DNA of 32,000 nt from an uncultured Actinomycetes bacterium. Its GTDB lineage: Bacteria > Actinomycetota > Actinomycetes > S36-B12 > CAIYMF01. A program made the translations under genes and the position numbers. Of this stretch, positions 23,571 through 30,354 are shown in pieces. The stretch spans positions 300,001 through 332,000 of the forward strand of contig CAWJMG010000003.1 in the NCBI GenBank assembly GCA_963843975.1, read 5' to 3'. Positions within the stretch are counted from its first letter, which is position 1. Each line of letters starts with the position of its first letter. A model generated the notes under the pieces. That model did no database searches and had not been told where the DNA came from. It saw only the letters and a list, made by a program, of their open reading frames with translations.

Positions 23571-24369
23571 AGGCGAAGGCGGGACCGAAGAACTCGGCTT
23601 GTCCGTCCTTGACGAGGTAGACGGACCACTCGGGCAGGCCGACGAACCAGCGGTTGCAGGTGGGGCCCTCGACCAGGCACGCCGTGGCGAGCGCATCGGC
23701 CAGGCCCGCATCCGGACCGACGACGGTCGCGCTGTCGTAGTGGACGCCGAAGTCGCCGGTCACGGTGTTGGCGATGTGCGAGCCGCGCTCGTAGAGGCCG
23801 CTCGTCGCGATCGCCCAGCCGTCCGGCACCGACACCGCACGGATGACCGACTGCGTGTCGTAGGGGTTCGTGATCCCGACCGTCCAGTCCTCGCCCGGAG
23901 CCTGGAGGCCGCGGCAGGCGATGTCGCCCGACGCGTTGACGCACACGTTCGAGACACCGGCCGCCACGATCTGGTCGGCCACCACACCTGCGGCCCAGCC
24001 CTTCACGTAGCCGCTCGGGTCCACGCCGCCGCGCACAGCCCAGGGGTCGAACACGCCGTCGGTCAGATCGCGAGCGCCGGCGCAGGCGGCAAGCACCGAC
24101 CGCACGACCGACGGGAGCCGGAACTCCTCCATCAACCCGTTGCGGTACATGGTGATCGGGGTGTCGGCACGGTACGTCGAGAACCACGCGTCGACCTGGT
24201 GCAGGTATGCCGCGGCCGAGGCCACGATCGCGTCGACGTCGGACGGAAGCGAGGGCGAACGGAGGTCGAAGAGCACGTGCGTGCCCCACACGGGCTCGAC
24301 GTGCAGCTTCTGCTCCCAGCCGCCAGGACCGGCGTACGAGATGAGGCCGTCGGTGCCGAGCCCGGTCAT
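23569..24369 (-). CDS. apbE: ApbE-family FAD:protein FMN transferase, with no signal peptide or lipobox
   Basis: 'VWGTHVLFDL', 'VDAWFSTYRADTPI', 'GVFDPW', 'DPSGYVKGWAAG', 'VCVNASGDI', 'AIATSGLYERG', 'HIANTVTG' and 'DALATACLV' match ApbE conserved blocks. The ATG at 24369 is preceded by CGGAGG. Only about 25 residues precede the first conserved block, and none form a hydrophobic signal. Confidence 0.88.
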   Translation of the reverse strand: MTGLGTDGLISYAGPGGWEQKLHVEPVWGTHVLFDLRSPSLPSDVDAIVASAAAYLHQVDAWFSTYRADTPITMYRNGLMEEFRLPSVVRSVLAACAGARDLTDGVFDPWAVRGGVDPSGYVKGWAAGVVADQIVAAGVSNVCVNASGDIACRGLQAPGEDWTVGITNPYDTQSVIRAVSVPDGWAIATSGLYERGSHIANTVTGDFGVHYDSATVVGPDAGLADALATACLVEGPTCNRWFVGLPEWSVYLVKDGQAEFFGPAFA

Positions 24370-24494
24370 ACGAGCCTCCGAACGAGCGGACCGGAGTACG
24401 ACGTCGGCGCGGCGAAGCCGCACGTGCCCACGTGCGAAGCACGAGCGCGCGGACCGGCGTACGACGCCGGAGCGTCGGTGCCGAGCCCGGTCAT
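24366..24494 (-). CDS. 42-codon leader ORF formed by a duplicated apbE 5' end (translation unproven)
   Basis: ATGACCGGGCTCGGCACCGACG occurs at both 24494..24473 and 24369..24348 (minus strand). The upstream copy opens 'MTGLGTDAPASYAGPRARASHVGTCGFAAPTSYSGPLVRRLV*'. Its TGA overlaps the apbE ATG as ATGA, and its ATG lies 1 nt after the stop of the upstream FMN_bind gene. Confidence 0.35.
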   Translation of the reverse strand: MTGLGTDAPASYAGPRARASHVGTCGFAAPTSYSGPLVRRLV

Positions 24495-24495
24495 G

Positions 24496-25158
24496 TCAGA
24501 TGCCCGCCTTGCTCATCGCCGAGGCGAGGGAGGAGACCCAGGCCTTCGACGTGAGGGTAGCGCCCGACACCGCCGCGACCGACGCGCTGCGAGCGCCGAC
24601 GGTCTCGGACGACAGCTTCGGGATCGAGAACTCCGAGTACGGCGACGACTCGCCGGTCGGGTACTTCGCGGCCCAGGCCTTGGTGATCTTGCCGTCGACG
24701 ACGCGGATTCCGACCTGCACGGTGCCGTAACGGTGGGTGACGGCGCTGCCGACGAAGTCGCCGTTGGGCAGGGACTTGGTCGGGGTCGGCTTCGGTGCGG
24801 GCTTGGGTGCGGCCTTGGTGGGCGTCGGCTTCGGCGCGGCGGTCGTCGGGTCGGCGGCGGGCGCGGCCGGGTCGGCGGCGGCCGTCGTGGCACCGGCCTT
24901 GGTCGGCTTCGCGGAGGCCTTGGCCGTCGAGGACGGCTTCGGCTTCGCGCCCTTGGTCGCGGCCGCGGACGGCGACTCCGACGGCGAGGCGGATTCGCCC
25001 GCAGCCGGGGACTCGTCGGCCGGGGGAGCACCGAGGCCGTCGACCGGGCCGGCTGCCGACGCGAGGTCACCCGCGATGGACACCTGGCCGTCGGAGTACG
25101 ACAGCACGGTGGCGAGGCCTGCGACGGTGCCCACTGTCACCAGCAGTGCTCGTCTCAT
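24496..25158 (-). CDS. membrane-anchored FMN_bind-domain protein with a long Pro/Ala/Lys/Thr-rich linker (NqrC/RnfG-like flavinylation target)
   Basis: N-terminus 'MRRALLVTVGTVAGLATVLSY' (signal-anchor with RR). Then ~110 aa of low complexity (AAPKPTPTKAAPKPAPKPTPTK). C-terminal FMN_bind domain 'FVGSAVTHRYGTVQVGIRVVDGKITKAWA...VAAVSGATLTSKAW' carries the SGAT[LS]T flavinylation motif. Confidence 0.85.
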   Translation of the reverse strand: MRRALLVTVGTVAGLATVLSYSDGQVSIAGDLASAAGPVDGLGAPPADESPAAGESASPSESPSAAATKGAKPKPSSTAKASAKPTKAGATTAAADPAAPAADPTTAAPKPTPTKAAPKPAPKPTPTKSLPNGDFVGSAVTHRYGTVQVGIRVVDGKITKAWAAKYPTGESSPYSEFSIPKLSSETVGARSASVAAVSGATLTSKAWVSSLASAMSKAGI

Positions 25159-25175
25159 GATCAGTTCCTTCTCTC

Positions 25176-25220
25176 AAGACCTAGAACGCAAAGACCTAGA
25201 ACGCAAAGACCTAGAACGCG
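25176..25220. repeat. 3 x 15-bp perfect or near-perfect tandem repeat spanning the NOX-like gene stop codon
   Basis: Plus strand: AAGACCTAGAACGCA, AAGACCTAGAACGCA, AAGACCTAGAACGCG. Minus strand: GCG TTC TAG GTC TTT x3, giving three in-frame TAG codons 15 nt apart. The first of these is the stop of the 25211..26824 gene. This is a low-GC island. Confidence 0.9.
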
Positions 25221-26824
25221 AACGCTTCGTGGTGCTGCCGATCGGTCGGCACTCCGGCGTCCTCCGCCGCCTCGAGCACCTTCTCCGTGAACCCGTCAGG
25301 TCCACAGACGTACACGTCGCAGTCGGCGAGGTCCGGGATCATCTCCAGGATCACGTCGGTGCGCAGCCGCGCCTGGCGCCGAGAACCCTCGAGGTACCAG
25401 AGGCGGAACCCGCGCGACATCGCGAGCTCCTCCATCTCCGCGCGCAGCGGCGCGGAGTCGAGCGAGTGCACGCGGAAGACGACGTCGACGTCGGCGCCCT
25501 CGGGCAGGTCCTCGAGCATCGCGCGCACCGGCGTGATGCCGACGCCGGCCGCGAACGCCGCGATCCGGTTGCTGTGCCGCTGCCCGGCGGTGAAGACGCC
25601 GTACGGGCCCTCGGCCCACACCCGGGTGCCGGGCTTGAGCCGCCAGATCAGCTCGCGCGACTGGTCGCCGAGGTCCTTGACCGTGACGCGGAGGAAGGAC
25701 GAGTTCGGGGACGCCGACAGCGAGTACGGGTGCGCCTGCCACCACCAGTGCCGCGTGAGGAAGCGCCACTGGAAGAACTGGCCGCCGCGCGCCTTGAGCA
25801 GGTCGAGGTCGCGGCCGGAGATGTAGATCGACACGACGTCCGGCGTCTCCCGGACGACGGCGGCGACGCGCAGGTCGTGCTTGATCGACGTCGAGACCGG
25901 GGCGATGAAGCGCGAGCCGATGATGATCGCAGCGACCAGCACGTAGAGGCCGATCCAGAACCACTTCTGCATGGGGTGCTTGGCGAACATCGAGCCGAGC
26001 TCGATCTGGTGGCCGAAGGCGAGCGCGACGGCGACGTAGAAGTAGAGGTGCGCCACCCACCAGGTCTCATACTTCATCCGCTGGCGGATCTTGCGGTACG
26101 ACATCACACCGAGGCCCATCATGAGCACGAACGCGGTCGTCGCGGGGACCATCCACGGCGAGTGCGCCACGATGTTCCAGAACTGCTCGAGCACACCGGA
26201 TTCCGCGGCCTGCGCGTAGCCGATCGTCGTCAGCACCATGTGCGCGAGGATCAGGAGCAGGGAGTACGGCGCGACCTGACGGTGCAGCCACACGAGCTTG
26301 TCGTGGCCGACCTCGCGCTCCACCCACGGAACGCGCGCGACGAGCACGAGCAGCACGAGGCAGAGGTACGTGCCCGCCATCGCCGTGATCGAGCCCAGCG
26401 CCGTCATCGGTCCGCCGAGGTACTGCCAGGTCGCGGGCGCGTCCCCGACGGCGAAGGCCGTGGTGATGCCGAGGCCGATGCCCGCGATCAGCACCGCGAT
26501 GTCGCCACGGCGGGTCGAGGTGCCACGAGCATGGATGCCGCTCTCGACCGGGATCGGGTACGTGACGGGAGCCATGGCAGCAGGCGAGGCGGTGCCCAGC
26601 GCGCCCGAGGCGAGCTCGGCGTCGTAGTCGGGCTCGGGGATGAACACCCGCGGTGGGATCACGGCGTCGTGCGCAGGAGCCGGCGGCTCGAGCGGCAGGG
26701 CGGGACCGGTCGGCACGGGCGGCAGCAGCAGGCTGCCGTACGACGCGTCCGCGGGGAGCGGTGCGACGCCGCCGTGCCGGCCGACCGGACCGCCAGGGCT
26801 GAACCTGGTCTGCTCGAGCGTCAT
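25211..26824 (-). CDS. NOX / ferric-reductase-type transmembrane oxidoreductase (bis-heme FRD domain + FAD-binding + NAD(P)H-binding domains)
   Basis: - His pairs with NOX-type spacing: 'LHRQVAPYSLLLILAH' (14 apart) and 'AHLYFYVAVALAFGH' (13 apart).
- FAD motif 'HPYSLS'.
- NAD(P)H motifs 'AFAAGVGITP' and 'VYVCGPDGF'.
- About 110-aa Pro-rich N-terminal extension.
- The ATG at 26824 lies 2 nt after the upstream TAG. Confidence 0.88.
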   Translation of the reverse strand: MTLEQTRFSPGGPVGRHGGVAPLPADASYGSLLLPPVPTGPALPLEPPAPAHDAVIPPRVFIPEPDYDAELASGALGTASPAAMAPVTYPIPVESGIHARGTSTRRGDIAVLIAGIGLGITTAFAVGDAPATWQYLGGPMTALGSITAMAGTYLCLVLLVLVARVPWVEREVGHDKLVWLHRQVAPYSLLLILAHMVLTTIGYAQAAESGVLEQFWNIVAHSPWMVPATTAFVLMMGLGVMSYRKIRQRMKYETWWVAHLYFYVAVALAFGHQIELGSMFAKHPMQKWFWIGLYVLVAAIIIGSRFIAPVSTSIKHDLRVAAVVRETPDVVSIYISGRDLDLLKARGGQFFQWRFLTRHWWWQAHPYSLSASPNSSFLRVTVKDLGDQSRELIWRLKPGTRVWAEGPYGVFTAGQRHSNRIAAFAAGVGITPVRAMLEDLPEGADVDVVFRVHSLDSAPLRAEMEELAMSRGFRLWYLEGSRRQARLRTDVILEMIPDLADCDVYVCGPDGFTEKVLEAAEDAGVPTDRQHHEAFAF

Positions 26825-26826
26825 GA

Positions 26827-29800
26827 CTACAGGCCTGCCTTCGTGAGTGCGGACTGGAGCGAGGTCTTGTACGCGGCGAAGGTGAGGGTCGCGCCCGACA
26901 CCTTCGCGATGTTCACGGACTGCGCCACGACGACCTCGCTGTTGTACTTCGGCAGCGCGGTCGAGTTGATCTGCTGGGTCTCGCTGCCGTCGTTGGTGAG
27001 CAACGTGCCCTTAGCCACCGTGATGACGCCGTTGACGACGGTGAGGGTGACGTTGAGGGTGCCGTGGCCGCTCGAGATCGAGGCCGTGTTGCCCACGAAC
27101 GTCCCGTTGACCAGCGGCAGGCTCGGGGTGCCCGAGACGGTCGACGAGGCGGGCGAGACCGCGGTGCCGGCGACGGCGGTCACGTAGTACGAGTAGCTCG
27201 TGCCGTTCGTCAGCGCGGTGTCGCTGTACGTCGTTCCCGTAGGCGACCCGACGAGCGTGCCGTTGCGGTAGACGCGGTACGACGCCGCACCGGAGACCGC
27301 CGTCCACGACAGCGCGTTGGTCGCGTTGCCCGGCGTGACGGTGAGACCGGTCGGCGCTGCGGGCGTCGGCGTGGCGGTCGCTGCCGTCGACGCTGCGCTC
27401 GCACCGCCGGCGTTCACCGCCACGACGGTGTAGCTGACCGCGGTGCCCGGCGTGAGCCCGGTCTCGACGTACGACGTGGTGGCCGTCGTGGTGAGCAGCG
27501 TCGCGCCGCGGTAGACGCGGTACGACGTCGCGCCCGAGACCGCGGCCCACGCGACCGTGACCTGGTTCGCGCCGGCCGTGGCGGTGACACCGGTCGGCGT
27601 CGCCGGTGCGGGCACCTGCGGCGTCGCGCTGGCCGAGGCCGAGGCCGTCGACTCCGCGCTGTTCTGCTTCACCGCGGTGACGGTCCAGCTGTACGACGTG
27701 CCGTTGGTGAGGCCGGTGTCGGTGTACGACGCGCTGACCACCGAGGCGACGAGGACGCCGCCGCGGTACACGCGATAGCCCGTTGCGCCGGCGGGCGCGG
27801 TCCACGTGAGGGCGACCTGCGTGTTGCCGGCGACGGCGACCAGGCTGGTCGGGGCGGACGGCGCTGCGGCGACCGGAGTGGCCGACAGGGGCGACGACGC
27901 GGCGGACGATGCGGTGCCGTTCACGGCCACGACCGTGAACGCGTACGGCGTGCCGTTGGTGAGGCTGCTGACCGTGGCGCTGGTCGACGAGGGCGAGGCG
28001 ACGAGCACGCCGTCGCGGTAGACCCGGTACGACAGCGCGTGCGCGGACGCCGTCCAGGACAGGGCGATCGAGCCGTCGCCCGGCGTCGCGGCGAGACCCA
28101 CGGGGACGTCGGGCACGATCGGGACCGGCGTCACGTAGACCGACGACGACGCCGCCGACTCCACGCCGCCCACGACCGCGGTGACCCAGAACGTGTAGCT
28201 CGTGCCGTTCGCGAGCGAGGACTCGGTCCACGTGTTGCCCGCGGTCGAGGTCACCAGCACGCCGCCGCGGTAGACGTTGTACGACGACGCGCTGCCGACC
28301 ACGTTCCACGTGAGCGTCGCGATCGTGTCGCCCGGCGTCCCGACGAGACCGGTCGGTGCTCCTGCGGCTGCGGCGACGGGGGAGGACGTGAAGGGGGCCG
28401 ACGCGGCGGACTGCGGCGAGTTCTGCTTCACCGCGGTGACGGTCCAGGTGTACGACTGGCCGTTCACGAGCCCGGTGTCGGCGTACGACGCACCCGCGGC
28501 CGAGCCGACGAACGTGCCGTCGCGGTAGACGCGGTAGCCGGTGGCGCCGCTCGACGGCGTCCACGACAGCGACATGCTCGAGTCGCCGGGCATCGCCGAG
28601 AGGCCGGTCGGGGCCGAGGGTGTCGCGGCGACGGCGCTGGAGGTGACGGTGCTCGACGCCGTCGAGGCCGACGAGTTCTGGCGGTACGCCACGACGTAGT
28701 AGCTGTGGCTCGCGCCGTTCGCCGCGGACAGGTCGGTGTACGACGTCGTCGCGAGCGAGGTGAGCAGCGTGCCGTCGCGGTACACGGCATACGCGTCTGC
28801 ACCTGACGGTGCCGACCACGACAGCGCGATCTGGCCGTCGCCCGGTGTCGCGGCGAGACCGGTGGGTGCGGACGGCGCGGTGGCGACCGGGGTCGTCGAG
28901 GCGGCGCCCGACTGCGCGGACGGCGCCGAGTTCTGCTTCACCGCGGCGACGGTCCAGCTGTACGACGTGCCGTTGGTGAGCCCGGTGTCCGTGTACGCGT
29001 TCGTGGCGGGGGAGCCCACGAGCACTCCGCCGCGGTAGACGCGGTAGCCGGTGGCGCCGCTGACGGCGTTCCACGTGAGGGACGCCGTCGCGCTGCCGGG
29101 CGTGACGGCGAGACCGGTCGGGGCGGCCGGCGTCGCGGCCACGGGAGTGCCGTTGACCGCGGTGGTGCGGGTCGACTCGGCGCTGTTCTGCTTCACCGCG
29201 GCGATGCGGTACGCGTACGACGTGCCGTTGGCGAGGCCGGTGTCGGTGTACGACGGCGTCTCGGGCGAGGCGACGAGCACGTTGTTGCGGTAGACGCGGT
29301 ACGCCGTCGCACCGGCGGGCGCGGTCCACGTGATGCTCAGCTGCGCGTCGCCCACCGAGATCGCGACGCCCGTCGGCATCGATGGCGCGGTGGCGACCGG
29401 GGTCGAGGTCACGGCAGCGCTGGCACCCGAGGCGCGTGAGCCGTTCACCGCGACGACCGTGTAGGAGTACGTCGTGCCGTTCACGACGCCGCTGTCGGCG
29501 TACGTCGCGGCCACGGGCGACGCGACGAGAGCGCCGTCGCGGTAGACGCGGTAGCCCGTCACGCCGGGGACGGCGGTCCACGTGAGCGTGATGCGCGCGT
29601 CGGCGCCGACGGCTGCCAGGCCGGCCGGCGTGCTCGGGATGCCGATGTCCGGCGTCGCAAGCACCTGCGCGGAGATCGCGCCCCAGCCGGCGACGTTCGT
29701 AGCCATCACCGTGTAGGCGTAGGTCGAGCCGTTGGTCACCGCGGTGTCGACGTACGCCGGGCTCGCGACGCGCGTGATCTCGAGGCCGTCGCGGTAGACG

Positions 29801-30354
29801 CGGTAGGCGCTAGCACCGGCGACGGCGGGCCAGCTGAGCGAGACCTGCGTGTCGGCGGGCGCGGCGAGCACGCCGGTGACCTGACCGGGCTTGGCGACGA
29901 ACGGCGCCTGCACGTAGTGCCGCGCGCGGATCGTGGCGGTGAGGGTGTCGACCGTCTTGGTCATCGCGAGCTGCGAGGCGACGATCTCGGCAGCGGCGTC
30001 GAGCTTGGCCTTCTTGGCCTTGTTCCACGCGGCAAGCGCACTGGCGTCGTCGGCCGACCCTGCCGTGGCCTGAGCCGTCACGTAGTCGTCGTACGTCGAG
30101 GCCACGAGCGTGACGGCCGCGGAGTAGGCGGGCAACGAGTCGGTGTAGCGCTGGCGGGCGGCGACGACCGTGGGGTCGGCGTCGACGGCGGCGGTGATCT
30201 CTGCGGTCACCTCGTCGGCGGTCTGGCCCCAGTCGTTGAGGACGTCCTGGCCGGGGGCCGGTGCGGCCACCGCGGGCGTGAGCCCGCCGGCGGTGCCCGC
30301 GAGCGTGCCAAGGGTCGCTGCGACGGCGGCTGCACTCCTGGTCGAGGTACGCAT
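26827..30354 (-). CDS. secreted giant protein: signal peptide + ~115-aa helical module + 11 FN3 domains + C-terminal FMN_bind domain
   Basis: Single 1175-aa ORF with strong GC3 bias.
- N-terminus: 'MRTSTRSAAAVAATLGTLAGTAGGLTPAVAAP'.
- Eleven ~85-aa repeats of the pattern 'PTGL.a.PGd..i.LsW.a.sGAtgYRVYR.G.LV.s....sYtDtGLtNGTsYsYtV.AV'.
- C-terminus: 'FVGNTASISSGHGTLNVTLTVVNGVITVAKG...AKVSGATLTFAAYKTSLQSALTKAGL' (FMN_bind with SGAT motif).
- The ATG overlaps the upstream stop as TGATG. Confidence 0.9.
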   Translation of the reverse strand: MRTSTRSAAAVAATLGTLAGTAGGLTPAVAAPAPGQDVLNDWGQTADEVTAEITAAVDADPTVVAARQRYTDSLPAYSAAVTLVASTYDDYVTAQATAGSADDASALAAWNKAKKAKLDAAAEIVASQLAMTKTVDTLTATIRARHYVQAPFVAKPGQVTGVLAAPADTQVSLSWPAVAGASAYRVYRDGLEITRVASPAYVDTAVTNGSTYAYTVMATNVAGWGAISAQVLATPDIGIPSTPAGLAAVGADARITLTWTAVPGVTGYRVYRDGALVASPVAATYADSGVVNGTTYSYTVVAVNGSRASGASAAVTSTPVATAPSMPTGVAISVGDAQLSITWTAPAGATAYRVYRNNVLVASPETPSYTDTGLANGTSYAYRIAAVKQNSAESTRTTAVNGTPVAATPAAPTGLAVTPGSATASLTWNAVSGATGYRVYRGGVLVGSPATNAYTDTGLTNGTSYSWTVAAVKQNSAPSAQSGAASTTPVATAPSAPTGLAATPGDGQIALSWSAPSGADAYAVYRDGTLLTSLATTSYTDLSAANGASHSYYVVAYRQNSSASTASSTVTSSAVAATPSAPTGLSAMPGDSSMSLSWTPSSGATGYRVYRDGTFVGSAAGASYADTGLVNGQSYTWTVTAVKQNSPQSAASAPFTSSPVAAAAGAPTGLVGTPGDTIATLTWNVVGSASSYNVYRGGVLVTSTAGNTWTESSLANGTSYTFWVTAVVGGVESAASSSVYVTPVPIVPDVPVGLAATPGDGSIALSWTASAHALSYRVYRDGVLVASPSSTSATVSSLTNGTPYAFTVVAVNGTASSAASSPLSATPVAAAPSAPTSLVAVAGNTQVALTWTAPAGATGYRVYRGGVLVASVVSASYTDTGLTNGTSYSWTVTAVKQNSAESTASASASATPQVPAPATPTGVTATAGANQVTVAWAAVSGATSYRVYRGATLLTTTATTSYVETGLTPGTAVSYTVVAVNAGGASAASTAATATPTPAAPTGLTVTPGNATNALSWTAVSGAASYRVYRNGTLVGSPTGTTYSDTALTNGTSYSYYVTAVAGTAVSPASSTVSGTPSLPLVNGTFVGNTASISSGHGTLNVTLTVVNGVITVAKGTLLTNDGSETQQINSTALPKYNSEVVVAQSVNIAKVSGATLTFAAYKTSLQSALTKAGL
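27100..29890 (-). repeat. array of 11 FN3-encoding repeats (~255 nt each) inside the giant gene, with some near-identical DNA blocks
   Basis: For example, 27662..27727 versus 28931..28996 differ at 3 of 66 nt (ttctgcttcaccgcgg[t/c]gacggtccagctgtacgacgtgccgttggtgag...). Further copies of ttctgcttcaccgcgg start at 28421 and 29177. There are two repeat subtypes: 'AVKQNS' (repeats 3, 4, 6 and 9, plus the variant 'AYRQNS' in repeat 5) and 'AVNG/AVxG'. Confidence 0.85.

Noticed and set aside
22994-25290. ORFs 22994..24442 (-), 23347..25290 (+), 24513..25070 (-) and 24737..27187 (+).
   Set aside because: They overlap DUF305, ApbE, FMN_bind and the NOX-like gene in wrong frames or on the wrong strand, and are low-complexity Arg/Pro-rich translations.
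27011-29581. 856-aa minus-strand and 580-aa plus-strand (27064..28806) ORFs, plus many 60-110-aa ORFs inside the FN3 array.
   Set aside because: They are alternative frames of the repetitive FN3 gene. Only the 26827..30354 frame yields periodic FN3 signatures and the FMN_bind domain.
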